A DNA stretch of 64,000 bases from a virus (taxonomy: Duplodnaviria; Heunggongvirae; Uroviricota; Caudoviricetes): the IMG/VR virus record IMGVR_UViG_2565956726_000008; one strand, written 5' to 3'. This document shows positions 1-9,200 of this stretch, piece after piece. Under the pieces are notes generated by a model that saw only the letters and a program-made list of their open reading frames with translations, had not been told where the DNA came from and did not search any database. The translations under genes were made by a program, and so were the position numbers. Positions within the stretch are counted from its first letter, which is position 1, and every line of letters begins with the position of its first letter.

Positions 1-231
1 TTATGTATTATCTTTGGCTGACGTTAAACCAATCTGATCAAAGAACTGCATTACGTCCTGATAGCGGTACATAACGCCACGCCCGGTACCAAGTACATCA
101 ACAGGGGCCGGGAACGGAGTTCCGTTCCGTTCCCACTTTTTACGCCATAAGTAAAACGTTCCCCTGCTAATTCCCCCCAGCATACGGCAGATGGCAGGGC
201 GACTAAGAAGAATTGTTGCCGTTTTATCCAT
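1..231 (-). CDS. AlpA-family excisionase / prophage transcriptional regulator
   Basis: 76 aa; pattern ILLSRPAI...SRGTFYLWRKK...FPAPVDVLG...RYQDVMQFF resembles AlpA/Xis winged-helix proteins; position consistent with an int-xis end. Confidence 0.6.
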   Translation of the reverse strand: MDKTATILLSRPAICRMLGGISRGTFYLWRKKWERNGTPFPAPVDVLGTGRGVMYRYQDVMQFFDQIGLTSAKDNT

Positions 232-886
232 TATTCACCCCCGTGTATTCAACGTGTCCTATACATCCGTCTATAATAGCTTGCGCCATATTGCGATAAT
301 CGCACGAAAATTCGTTGTCGCGGTTAAAATCAATTTCTTTTGCAGCATCTTCACCGATAACCTTAGTAGCAAGTGCAAACGCAATTTCAGCCAGTATTTT
401 TTCTTTCGGATCTACATACAACTTATGAGCGAAATGCTTCCATTCCCCGGCTTGTTCAAAATCAGGCGCATCCATTTCTACAAAAAGAGCAAGGCGATCA
501 CTTATATACTTGTATTTCAGAATAACATATTTCCGACCATCGACAGGATCTAGAAGCTCAAGCCATACTCCGCATGGAGGCTTTTCTCCTGCCATCCATT
601 CCGTAACTTCTGGCGTATCGCAATCATGCCGCTCATCTTCGATTAATTCGTCAATGATTTCACTTTCTTTGTTCATGCCATCATCATCTTTATTAGATAA
701 ATTGGCATATTTATCAAACTTCCAGCTTGCCGCCATAACAGAATAAGTGCCGCGATCAGCGCGAACACCAACTAAATAACATGATCCAAAATTATATTCT
801 TCCCTGCATGTCGATACTTCAAACGATGGGTAGCATTCAGGGTTAGTGCGATGGCTAATCACACCGATTGCTTTTGATTTACTCAT
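224..886 (-). CDS. hypothetical protein (220 aa)
   Basis: Long ORF, start overlaps downstream gene by 8 nt; no motif recognised. Confidence 0.5.
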   Translation of the reverse strand: MSKSKAIGVISHRTNPECYPSFEVSTCREEYNFGSCYLVGVRADRGTYSVMAASWKFDKYANLSNKDDDGMNKESEIIDELIEDERHDCDTPEVTEWMAGEKPPCGVWLELLDPVDGRKYVILKYKYISDRLALFVEMDAPDFEQAGEWKHFAHKLYVDPKEKILAEIAFALATKVIGEDAAKEIDFNRDNEFSCDYRNMAQAIIDGCIGHVEYTGVNNG

Positions 887-1076
887 TTGTTTATCCTCAA
901 TTATGCCACTGGTACATCGTCAACTTTAATAAAATAATGTGGATGATTTCTAATATCTCTCAGGTAGTAGCACTGACACTCTCGCCACTCATTAGCCGCG
1001 CGATTAAGATAAAACACATTACCATTTTCTACCTTGTAATAAATCCCGGTCGGTTTAGCTTTAAAATACTCAACCA

Positions 1077-1508
1077 TTATTGCCCCCAGCGTTTTATAAA
1101 TTCCTCGTTTAATTTCGTATCACCTGACCACTGAACGCCATGCTCAGCGCCGAACGAGTAGATCAGTTCGATTAATTCGCTAAATTCCGCTTTACTCATC
1201 CGGCTGGTTGATGTTCCCAGCACAACAAAGCCTGATTTGTCCAGGTTAGGGACAACGCCATATTTCTTAAGCCCGGCAGTGAATACCGCCTTCCAGTCTT
1301 CCGGCGACAGCCTCTTACCGTACCAATTAACCTGATCACTAATGTCGGTTAGCAACGCCCATAGAAGGCTATTTTGGCTTAGCGAGCGGGTTTTCTCCTG
1401 GATGGTGATTATCAGCGGGCTTTTGCTATCAGGCTGTATTTCCCTTATCTGCCTGATAGCATTTTCTTTCACGGCGTCGTTGACTATCTCAAATCTAATT
1501 TGCCTCAT
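1077..1508 (-). CDS. ninB: NinB-like recombination protein (Orf family)
   Basis: 143 aa; strong by-eye similarity to lambda NinB (IQEKTRSLSQN..LW.., VFTAGLKK..VVPNL..GFVVLG.STSRM...EF.ELIEL...FG.E.GV.WS). Confidence 0.75.
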   Translation of the reverse strand: MRQIRFEIVNDAVKENAIRQIREIQPDSKSPLIITIQEKTRSLSQNSLLWALLTDISDQVNWYGKRLSPEDWKAVFTAGLKKYGVVPNLDKSGFVVLGTSTSRMSKAEFSELIELIYSFGAEHGVQWSGDTKLNEEFIKRWGQ

Positions 1509-1702
1509 AATACACCGTTGCTATTTTTCCATTGCGCCCGCGCATACATGATCGCCCATAAAGAAATGAGCCTTGAACTAGCCATATGGTCGTTTTTTAG
1601 TTTTTTCATATCAACGACGACAGGACGATCAGGATCATCGTCGCGCATGTATTCCGCAATCGTGCTCAGGTCTTCAACTGTTAAATCTAATTCCTTATCC
1701 AT
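1505..1702 (-). CDS. hypothetical protein (65 aa)
   Basis: ORF translationally coupled to neighbours in leftward operon. Confidence 0.4.
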   Translation of the reverse strand: MDKELDLTVEDLSTIAEYMRDDDPDRPVVVDMKKLKNDHMASSRLISLWAIMYARAQWKNSNGVL

Positions 1703-1711
1703 AACGCCACC

Positions 1712-1918
1712 TCACACAATACGCATTGTGTTTCGTAATTCACCGCGCAGCGCCTGCAGTGCATCACGCATTGGTACAAAAACCCGGTTAAATTTTACGT
1801 GTTTATATTTCCGCATCAGTGGCGGTGTATACACCTTTGCGTCGTATACTTCCCACGGATAATAAACGCGCGTATCGTCAATAAACGTTTCAACTGAATA
1901 AAAGATTACCCGTCTCAT
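1712..1918 (-). CDS. hypothetical protein (68 aa)
   Basis: ORF in leftward operon, overlaps upstream stop. Confidence 0.4.
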   Translation of the reverse strand: MRRVIFYSVETFIDDTRVYYPWEVYDAKVYTPPLMRKYKHVKFNRVFVPMRDALQALRGELRNTMRIV

Positions 1919-2478
1919 AATTCCAACCCCGTTTCACCGTTAAGTTTTTCGATCTCAAATACTGGTTTATCCGGCAGCAGGCCGTTATTTTTCCGGTATT
2001 CATTCAGGCGGTTGTTAAATTCAAATACGATAGGACTCGAACAACCATAGAAGCGAGCTGATCTAAAAAAGTATTTCCCATCAAATTTATTAACTGTTAA
2101 TAAATTTTCACTGCCTAACATCTTTAAAACCCGACAAATTTTCCTCTGTTTTATTTCGAGTTTTAATTCTTTTTTAACATCCTCAGCAGAAAAATAATCG
2201 CTACTATTCAGAAATAAAGGCATGATTTTTTTTATTGCCATTTCGCGCACTGACTTCAAGCAATATGATAATCGCGGCCCTCCCATTTCCACAGGAATAA
2301 TAGCGCAGTCAGAAACCATATCACGCAAACTATTAACGATCTCGATTTCAGGACCTGGAATAGATTTAATAATTGTTGCTTCACCAGCAACAGTGGCATC
2401 CTGTAAAAATTTCGCTATTTGTGTTTTATAAATGGTTTTCATTGTTTCTAGCCTCGATTTAAGCGCGAAAACAGCCAC
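1915..2478 (-). CDS. hypothetical protein (187 aa)
   Basis: ORF immediately downstream of helicase gene; no motif recognised. Confidence 0.5.
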   Translation of the reverse strand: MAVFALKSRLETMKTIYKTQIAKFLQDATVAGEATIIKSIPGPEIEIVNSLRDMVSDCAIIPVEMGGPRLSYCLKSVREMAIKKIMPLFLNSSDYFSAEDVKKELKLEIKQRKICRVLKMLGSENLLTVNKFDGKYFFRSARFYGCSSPIVFEFNNRLNEYRKNNGLLPDKPVFEIEKLNGETGLEL

Positions 2479-2520
2479 CAGAAAGCGGTAAACTTTCCGG
2501 TAAGCCGTTTCTCAAGTTAA

Positions 2521-3942
2521 TTAAAAAGATGCGTTATTCTGGTTGTTTCGTGGTGAGAATCGGCTTGCAGACGGACGTTGTTGCATTGACTGGATGCAAG
2601 CTGACGCCGCGCGGGCCTGGTCGCATGGTAAGATGTTGCCGTTGTCGTCAAACCGCTGGTAAACAGTCCCCGTTTTCCCGTGACGGTTTTTCGAAACAAT
2701 GATCTCCATATATTCGCGGGCAACAGACTGTTCATCATAGTACCCGTCGCGGTAGACCATGATGATCCGGTCTGCGTCCTGTTCAAGATTACCGGAATCA
2801 CGCAGATCAGAATTGTTCGGGCGCTTGTTCGGTCGTTCCTCAACGCGGCGGGATAATTGCGCCAGTGCCAACACTGGTACGCGCAATTCTTTCGCCATCA
2901 TCTTCAACGACCATGACAATTGCCCTACAGCGAGATCGTGACGTTCGGCCTTAGCCAGCTTCATCAACCCGATGTAGTCAATCATTACCATACCGAGGTT
3001 GGGATGATCCTGTTTCATCCGTTCCGTTGTGGCGCGTATTTCCTCAACCGTTAATTGAGACGCGTCAACAATCCAAACGTCAAGATTAGCAAGTGCGCTC
3101 ATACCCTGACCAACATGCGCCCACCCCTCATCATCAAGTTTTACAGGATTACGCAGGCAGTCGGTTGATAAATTACCAGCGCCAGCTATAGCGCGTTCAG
3201 TCATCTGATCGAGTGACATTTCAAGCGTGAAGAACAAAACGCCAACCCGCTGATCTTTACTGCCAGGGTAAGGGTGCTCAGCAGCAGCGCGGGCAATCGC
3301 CAGCGCCAACGCAGATTTACCAGACCCAGGGCGTCCGGCGAGAAGTACCAAATCAGTAGCGTTAATACCGCCTAACATTTCGTCGAGCGGTTCTATCCCT
3401 GTTTTGATGTTGTCAGAATTGACACCGCATTCCATGCGCTTGCTTAAAACCTCTGTGTATTCCTGTACCGCATCGCGCAACAGAACAGGAATGATCTTGT
3501 CTTTCGTTACCTTTAATTTTGAATACCGGGAATCAAAATCTTTCATCGTCTCTTTGACGACTTCAAGCGTCCCCGTTTCCAGCTTGTAGCGCATATCGTC
3601 GATGAGTTCTAACATCTGCCGCCGCTGGTGCTCTTCACGTAGTAGCTGCGCATAGCCTTTCAGGTTTGCGGCAGAAGGACACGAACGCGCCGTTTGCATT
3701 AGCGGTACAAAGTTTTCATTGCCAATCTCATCGCCAACCAATAACGCGTCGATAAGATTCCTGTTTCTGGCTTGCGCCCGGATAACTTCAAACGCACGCT
3801 TGTAAAGCGGGATCGTGAACACTTCAGGATCCAGAGTGGCGAGAACATCTTGCGCGTTAGGAGTGAGGCCGCCTAACAGCAGCCCGCCGATAACTGACGC
3901 TTCACGTTCCTGCCGTAGTGAGTTTATTTGCTCGGTTACCAT
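2521..3942 (-). CDS. DnaB-type replicative DNA helicase
   Basis: 473 aa; Walker A GRPGSGKSALAL, Walker B VMIDYIGLM, typical DnaB C-terminal RecA-like core; N-terminal DnaB-N-like region. Confidence 0.85.
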   Translation of the reverse strand: MVTEQINSLRQEREASVIGGLLLGGLTPNAQDVLATLDPEVFTIPLYKRAFEVIRAQARNRNLIDALLVGDEIGNENFVPLMQTARSCPSAANLKGYAQLLREEHQRRQMLELIDDMRYKLETGTLEVVKETMKDFDSRYSKLKVTKDKIIPVLLRDAVQEYTEVLSKRMECGVNSDNIKTGIEPLDEMLGGINATDLVLLAGRPGSGKSALALAIARAAAEHPYPGSKDQRVGVLFFTLEMSLDQMTERAIAGAGNLSTDCLRNPVKLDDEGWAHVGQGMSALANLDVWIVDASQLTVEEIRATTERMKQDHPNLGMVMIDYIGLMKLAKAERHDLAVGQLSWSLKMMAKELRVPVLALAQLSRRVEERPNKRPNNSDLRDSGNLEQDADRIIMVYRDGYYDEQSVAREYMEIIVSKNRHGKTGTVYQRFDDNGNILPCDQARAASACIQSMQQRPSASRFSPRNNQNNASF

Positions 3943-3960
3943 TATGTTATTGCCTCCGGT

Positions 3961-5076
3961 TTACAAAATGGAATATTCAGGGTAATAAACAAAACGCCCG
4001 ATTTCCCCATGATCCGGGCTGTAAATAATCACCGCTGCCATCCGCCGCGACCGCCATCCGCCATTTGTTGAGTAAGCGTCTTTACCCGCTAACGTGCCGT
4101 GATACTCAACAACGCCTAACGATGATTCAATCAGCCGTTGATGATGCCAGTGCCCGCAATGAGCGTAAACCGCCGCAGACTTGCCAAAGTCTTCTCGCCA
4201 GTCAGAGACGCAGGCAGACAACAAATTTTCAGGTTTTTTGATAGTATGACCGTGATGATATGCAAGGAATGTTTTGCCGTACTGTGTGTGGTGGACGATG
4301 GCAGGTGACACATCAACAGTAACGCGCGGTTCGTCTTCGTAAAAAGCCGCCAGCGCCGCACGTAGCCAGATCATTCCTGACTGGTCGTGATTACCTGATA
4401 ACACCTGAATTTCTACATCCTTATGATTCAACATCTTACCCACAGCACGCCGTACCGACCGGATCGCTACATAGACAAGTTTTGCGTAGCGACTATCTTG
4501 ATCAAGAATGTGCCCGCTTGTTGGTGTAACCGGAACCATTCCATCAGAGTGAAGCAGATCGCCACCTAACAGCAATACAGCTTTTTCAGACATCGGCGCT
4601 GCGCCTACAGCGTAGTCAAAGAAGTCATTTAACACGCGCTCAGCGATCCCAGTGTCGTAGCTCTCTCCGCATTCAGCTTTATGAGCAAGCGCCCCGATAT
4701 GCAGATCAAATACCGGATAAAGGGCCAGGCTTTTTTGGAAATCAATTTCCGGCACTGGCACGGCCTCCGCGCGGGGTATTTCTTCCGTGAAGGCGTCACA
4801 AGCAGATTGCATTAGCCTTTCCATTTCATCGCGATCACGGGCTGTTTTAATCCAGCGCATAATCACATTGCCATCTTTATCAACGAGCAATGATTCACCG
4901 TCAACACCGAAGCCAGGAGCGCGGCGAGTGGATATTAAACCGCGCTTCGCCAACCTTGCGCCCAGTCGTTCGACATTGCGTTTTGACATGCCGTATTTTT
5001 CAGCGATCTGTTTATACGTTAAACCGTTGTTATATTCAGCGATTAGTTGTTCATCGCTGATCTTTCTTTGTGACAT
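3961..5076 (-). CDS. N-terminal HTH fused to calcineurin-like metallophosphoesterase
   Basis: 371 aa; N-terminal HTH (LTYKQIAEKYGMSKRNVERL); phosphoesterase motifs DLHIG, GGDLLHSDG, SGNHDQ, HHGH, GHWHH. Confidence 0.7.
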   Translation of the reverse strand: MSQRKISDEQLIAEYNNGLTYKQIAEKYGMSKRNVERLGARLAKRGLISTRRAPGFGVDGESLLVDKDGNVIMRWIKTARDRDEMERLMQSACDAFTEEIPRAEAVPVPEIDFQKSLALYPVFDLHIGALAHKAECGESYDTGIAERVLNDFFDYAVGAAPMSEKAVLLLGGDLLHSDGMVPVTPTSGHILDQDSRYAKLVYVAIRSVRRAVGKMLNHKDVEIQVLSGNHDQSGMIWLRAALAAFYEDEPRVTVDVSPAIVHHTQYGKTFLAYHHGHTIKKPENLLSACVSDWREDFGKSAAVYAHCGHWHHQRLIESSLGVVEYHGTLAGKDAYSTNGGWRSRRMAAVIIYSPDHGEIGRFVYYPEYSIL

Positions 5077-5109
5077 AGTGTTATTTCCTCAGGTTTACAT
5101 TTTGTATAT

Positions 5110-6051
5110 TCATTGGCAGCAAACAATCTCTTTGTATGCTTCTTCTACCATGTAGAATACTTCCGGACTGTAATAGAAAAACTCATTACTACCATTAAAT
5201 TTTACAGGAAAGTTAATTTTATAATCGCTAAAAACCTTATGTATCGTGCTTTCTAATTCTTGTACTTTACAGGTTGGCCCTTCTAACGTTTTCACGATAT
5301 GCAAATCAGGAATTCTAACGCCTGCTTTATGTGCGCTTTTTAATATCTGATTTCTTCGTTTATTCTCCTTAATGCTTACACCAATTTTCATCATCATTGG
5401 CACTTCTGGATCGTCAACCATGATGTAAAGCTTTCCGTGGTTGTGGGATAAAAAACCGTGTTTAGCGCATTTCGGGCAACCTTGCCCGCGTTTAAGGTTG
5501 TTGGGAGTGGCTGACCATTCATAGCTACAAACTTTGCAGCGACACAATACTTTTGTTTTGTCATTAACAATTTCACCAATAACTTCAATATCATGATTAA
5601 CAGTGGAAATAGCCGAAACTTGGTTTTCGTGTGATAACTTTCGATTTTCACAGCGCCTTATGTTATAGCATTTCGGGCAACCGTGCCCATGTTTAAGGTC
5701 ATCAGGAGTTGTCTTCCACCAGTGATTGCAAACATTGCATAGGCAGGCTACTTTTGTTTTGCTGTTAACAATTTTTTCTAACACTTCAACATCAGGATTA
5801 ATTTTAGCAATAGCCGAAACTTGGTCTTCGTGTGATAATGTTTGTTTTTGCGATATTTTTATTGCTTTACATTTTGGGCAACCGCTACCGCGCTTAAGGT
5901 TGTTTGGTATTGCCAACCACAAATGATCACAAACCTTGCAGCGGCATAATACTTTTTTGTCGTTACCTGTAATTTCTCCTAATACATCAACATCATGGTT
6001 AACTTTCGCAATAGCCTTAACATGTTCTTCATGCGTCATCTTGCGCGGCAT
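5110..6051 (-). CDS. Triple zinc-ribbon repeat protein with C-terminal T5orf172/GIY-YIG-like domain
   Basis: 313 aa; three ~67-aa repeats each with C-x-C-x2-C ... G-C-P-K-C; C-terminal GKLYIMVDD...KIGVS resembles T5orf172 motif. Confidence 0.6.
   Translation of the reverse strand: MPRKMTHEEHVKAIAKVNHDVDVLGEITGNDKKVLCRCKVCDHLWLAIPNNLKRGSGCPKCKAIKISQKQTLSHEDQVSAIAKINPDVEVLEKIVNSKTKVACLCNVCNHWWKTTPDDLKHGHGCPKCYNIRRCENRKLSHENQVSAISTVNHDIEVIGEIVNDKTKVLCRCKVCSYEWSATPNNLKRGQGCPKCAKHGFLSHNHGKLYIMVDDPEVPMMMKIGVSIKENKRRNQILKSAHKAGVRIPDLHIVKTLEGPTCKVQELESTIHKVFSDYKINFPVKFNGSNEFFYYSPEVFYMVEEAYKEIVCCQ
5440..6051. repeat. Intragenic tandem triplication, unit about 205 bp
   Basis: Three imperfect direct DNA repeats (each containing catttcgggcaacc...gtttaaggt...) encoding the three zinc-ribbon modules. 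Confidence 0.8.
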
Positions 6052-6201
6052 AATTATTTCCCCTTACCAAATCAAGCAAAACGCCTCAGACTCTCTGCAA
6101 CGCAAAAATCCCACCGCGACACCCGTTTGCACAGGTTGCAGTGTCTTATTGCGTCAGAGGCGCTATCAGGTGGCTAATTTTAGATTTACAGACTGGTAGG
6201 T

Positions 6202-6306
6202 GAGTTATGGATTAACTAGAAGGAACAAACCGCCGAACAAAACGACGTTTACAGCGATTGCCGCAGCGATGGCAAAAGCCACGGCGAAAACGTGTTTACT
6301 ATCCAT
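6202..6306 (-). CDS. small hydrophobic peptide (34 aa)
   Basis: ATG preceded by agagagg RBS; translation MDSKHVFAVAFAIAAAIAVNVVLFGGLFLLVNP is a single predicted transmembrane helix. Confidence 0.3.
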
Positions 6307-6439
6307 TTTAAAATCCTCTCTGTAACGCTCTCTAACGAGCTAATCGCAAAAAGGTAAGCAAGTGTAGCACCACATGCGATTTAGCTCGCTGGTGAGGTTG
6401 TTTTGTGGGTAATTTTGGATTTTTGCGGATCGTGGTTGG

Positions 6440-7486
6440 TCAAAGAGCGCCAGCGCGCGTATCACGTAGCGTTTTTGGTTTAAGCAGGAAATCAAGTGTC
6501 GCAGTGAAGCCATTGCCGAAGTAAAAATCTGAAGCCGTGTTTTTGAACGTTTCGAAGTAGGCGACAAAGCCGTTAATGCTTTTGTCTTTCAGGTAGTCAG
6601 TGAACGCATAGATCTTGCGTTCAAGATCCCGATCCAGTTCGGCAGGTGGTAACAGGCCGTCAAACGTGCTGTTAAATGCTTCCACCACGTCGGCAGCGTT
6701 TACAGTAGCTGATAGCTTGCGCCATTGCTCAGCGTCAGCCAGATACCCATCGAATTTAGTTACCCGGCAAATGTTGATAGGCTTAGGTGTTCCACCACGG
6801 CTGCGCCATTGCGTCAAAGCCCATTCGATTACTAATGTGATCTCATCCTCCGTGTATGCCTTACGTGTTTTTGTTTCTGTCAGTAGTTCGATAAATGGCT
6901 TAGCATCACGACACTTGCATCCAGCTTTGTCGTTGTAGAAGGCCAAGCAACGCAATGCCGCTTCGTTTACGCCATCCTGATTGACCGTTTTTTGTCCATT
7001 TTCGCTAATACACGAAGTGTATATATCTTTTTCTCTTTCTTCTTCTACTTCTAATTCATGACCCTTTCCTGACCCGGTCATGACCCTATCATGACCTTTT
7101 GGTGTTGGATTGATTAACTTCTCTAATTTTAATTGCTCCTTCGCTGTGTTTATAGCAGCCCTATAAGCGCTCTTAGAAGTCATTGATTGGTCCAGCCTTT
7201 TTAATAACTTTAGGCAAGTTATGTGGCCTTGAGAACATTCGAACAAACCAATTTCGATGAAGTATTTCATCATTTCTTCTATACGTTTTTCAGTAGATCC
7301 GACGTTTCGCGCAATGATTCTCGCGTCATGTCGTAGGTCAAAATTCAGATTGTGCTGATCTACGTCATAAGTTATTAGTTCGAGGCAATACCAATAAAGC
7401 CCGTACCCTTCCAGGCCATAATCTAACAAAACGTTTTGAAGTTTTTCATCGCGGTTCGCATCGCTGTCATGCTTAAACCACTTCAT
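6440..7486 (-). CDS. Replication initiation protein (O-like replisome organiser)
   Basis: 348 aa; N-terminal MKWFKHDSDANRDEKLQ...YGLEGYGLYWYCLELI resembles the N-terminal domain of phage replication initiators; sits between Cro-like gene and helicase. Confidence 0.6.
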   Translation of the reverse strand: MKWFKHDSDANRDEKLQNVLLDYGLEGYGLYWYCLELITYDVDQHNLNFDLRHDARIIARNVGSTEKRIEEMMKYFIEIGLFECSQGHITCLKLLKRLDQSMTSKSAYRAAINTAKEQLKLEKLINPTPKGHDRVMTGSGKGHELEVEEEREKDIYTSCISENGQKTVNQDGVNEAALRCLAFYNDKAGCKCRDAKPFIELLTETKTRKAYTEDEITLVIEWALTQWRSRGGTPKPINICRVTKFDGYLADAEQWRKLSATVNAADVVEAFNSTFDGLLPPAELDRDLERKIYAFTDYLKDKSINGFVAYFETFKNTASDFYFGNGFTATLDFLLKPKTLRDTRAGAL

Positions 7487-7489
7487 AGA

Positions 7490-7747
7490 TCATCCCTCCG
7501 GCAACATCACTACATAGACATCACTGAATGCATCAAGACGACAAACAAATCCTTTATCCATTAACGCGGCGAAGGCATCATGTACCGTATGAACAGGAAG
7601 TTCACACATTGCGGCTACTTCTTTGCGTGATGCATCATGTACCCGTCCTTTGTTATCTGCCTTTTCAGCCAGAGCCATTAAGACAAGTTTTTGAATCGGG
7701 CTATTAAGTTTTACGTTCCATGCTTTACTAATCATGTTCATACTCAT
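7490..7747 (-). CDS. HTH DNA-binding early regulator (Cro-position)
   Basis: 85 aa from ATG at 7747 with aggag RBS (longest ORF extends to 7825 with TTG); first gene of leftward operon, divergent from CI-type repressor. Confidence 0.5.
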   Translation of the reverse strand: MSMNMISKAWNVKLNSPIQKLVLMALAEKADNKGRVHDASRKEVAAMCELPVHTVHDAFAALMDKGFVCRLDAFSDVYVVMLPEG

Positions 7748-8052
7748 CGCATTTTCTCCTATGGTTAGAGTGAACGCGCGGGCGGGCATCCCATTAGCAT
7801 TAGATAGCAGTGACTGACCGCTCAACAGATCCCGCCGTTGCGTGATATTTGTTTTTCGCTTCGCAGCGACACCGGATTTTTAAAGAGCATAAGGTAAGTG
7901 CCTTTTTGTGCCTTCAGTTATCTTTTTCCTTGCGTCTTTGCAAGTATGGCCTTACCTTGTCTGCAAGTTTACAAAATGGAATTTTAAGATCAAGGCTTAA
8001 AATACACGTTTTGTGACTTGCATCAAACTTTTTGAGGTTATAGGGTAGCGAC
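7748..8052. promoter_or_regulatory. Immunity region: divergent promoter/operator interval between Cro-like and CI genes
   Basis: 305-bp intergenic; palindromic half-sites CTTGC-N6-GCAAG (7929-7944), CTTG-N3-GCAAG (7956-7967), AAGG-N6-CCTT (7891-7904). Confidence 0.5.
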
Positions 8053-8700
8053 ATGAAAACAAAATGGTATGACTTAGCAAAGCAGCTCATGCGGGCGCAG
8101 GGCATGAGTCAGGATTCACTCGCAGATCTCATGGGGATAACTAAAGGCGGCCTGTCACACTGGCTGAACGGTCGCCGCGAGCCAAATCTTGAAGATATTG
8201 CGCGGATTATGCGGGCGCTTGGTCGTCGGCAGTTCACTGTTACACATGATGGTATGGTCATTGATGATTCTGTTTCTAATACACTTCAGGCCGCACCGCC
8301 GCGTGATTTAGGTAGTTACCCGGTTATTGACTGGAAGGACACAGTAAACAATATGGATGACACAAGGCGATCAGCATTACCACACGTTACGACTAGCGTT
8401 ATTTGTTCAGATGATAGTTACTGGCTGGTTGCCAAAGGTGAATCAATGAACGCGCCGCAGGGGTTGAGCATCCCGGCGGGGACGATGATACTTGTTGACC
8501 CGCACGCGCCAGCTATTGACGGCAAACTGGTTATAGCCCAGCTTGAGGAAGGGCAGATACCGACGTTTAAACAGTTGATTATTGATGGAGGTCAAAGGCT
8601 TTTACGTTCGCTCAATCCGCTGTATCCGCCAATCCCTATGAATCCAGAATCAAAAATTATAGGCGTGGTGGTTGATGCGAAGATCGTAAACCTGCCATAA
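8053..8700 (+). CDS. CI-type repressor (XRE HTH + S24 LexA-like peptidase)
   Basis: 215 aa; N-terminal HTH (MSQDSLADLMGITKGGLSHWLNG), C-terminal S24 fold with AKGESM Ser motif and downstream Lys. Confidence 0.9.
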   Translation: MKTKWYDLAKQLMRAQGMSQDSLADLMGITKGGLSHWLNGRREPNLEDIARIMRALGRRQFTVTHDGMVIDDSVSNTLQAAPPRDLGSYPVIDWKDTVNNMDDTRRSALPHVTTSVICSDDSYWLVAKGESMNAPQGLSIPAGTMILVDPHAPAIDGKLVIAQLEEGQIPTFKQLIIDGGQRLLRSLNPLYPPIPMNPESKIIGVVVDAKIVNLP

Positions 8701-9106
8701 ACATTAGCCGCCGGATGGCGGCTTTTCTTTGCCTGGAAAACGCCAAAACGTAAACAGAAAACGTTATTTATTGTTTAAATATCAATAGCATATAAAATAT
8801 TTTAAAAAAGTATACAAAATGGATTGACTCGATGTTTTACGGGGCGTATATTGCGAGTCAAAGGAAGGTCGCAGGTAACAAAAGCAACTTCCTGGCACTT
8901 TAAAAATCAGGCTTAACACCTTGTCAACCGTGGAGTAACTCCCCGATGGGGGACCGAAAGCGGCACTGATAACAAGGCGCATGGGGTGTTTAAAGCGTTA
9001 CATCCCCCACGAAACCGCACGCAAGGCGACGAGTCAGCTTGCTTGGAGTGAGCAAGGTCACGCCGGGAACGGCGATGATTGCGGGATTAGTTGAAAGATG
9101 TTAAGC

Positions 9107-9144
9107 CGCTCATTAACAATCTGGTCAGCCGCTGGAAGTGCGGC
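9107..9144 (+). promoter_or_regulatory. nut-like site (boxA-like plus boxB-like hairpin)
   Basis: cgctcattaacaa resembles boxA consensus (GCTCTTTAACAA); 8 nt later gccgc-tggaagt-gcggc hairpin; lies upstream of an Arg-rich ORF. Confidence 0.4.
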
Positions 9145-9200
9145 AATTAACGAAGATGATTTTTTATTAAGTATCATCAAGGATATACGGAGATCAGATT

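Noticed and set aside
1-231. Integrase gene of the first prophage
   Set aside because: Not present in the window; the AlpA-type gene ends at position 1 and the integrase presumably lies further left
2517-2843. 108-aa ORF overlapping the 3' end of the helicase gene in another frame
   Set aside because: Alternative-frame overlap with a confidently called gene; composition typical of an out-of-frame read
6340-6567. 75-aa minus-strand ORF overlapping the 3' end of the replication initiator gene
   Set aside because: Alternative frame of the initiator gene terminus; no independent support
8782-8982. 66-aa minus-strand ORF downstream of cI
   Set aside because: No RBS, opposite to local transcription, inside the structured leader-like region; more likely non-coding
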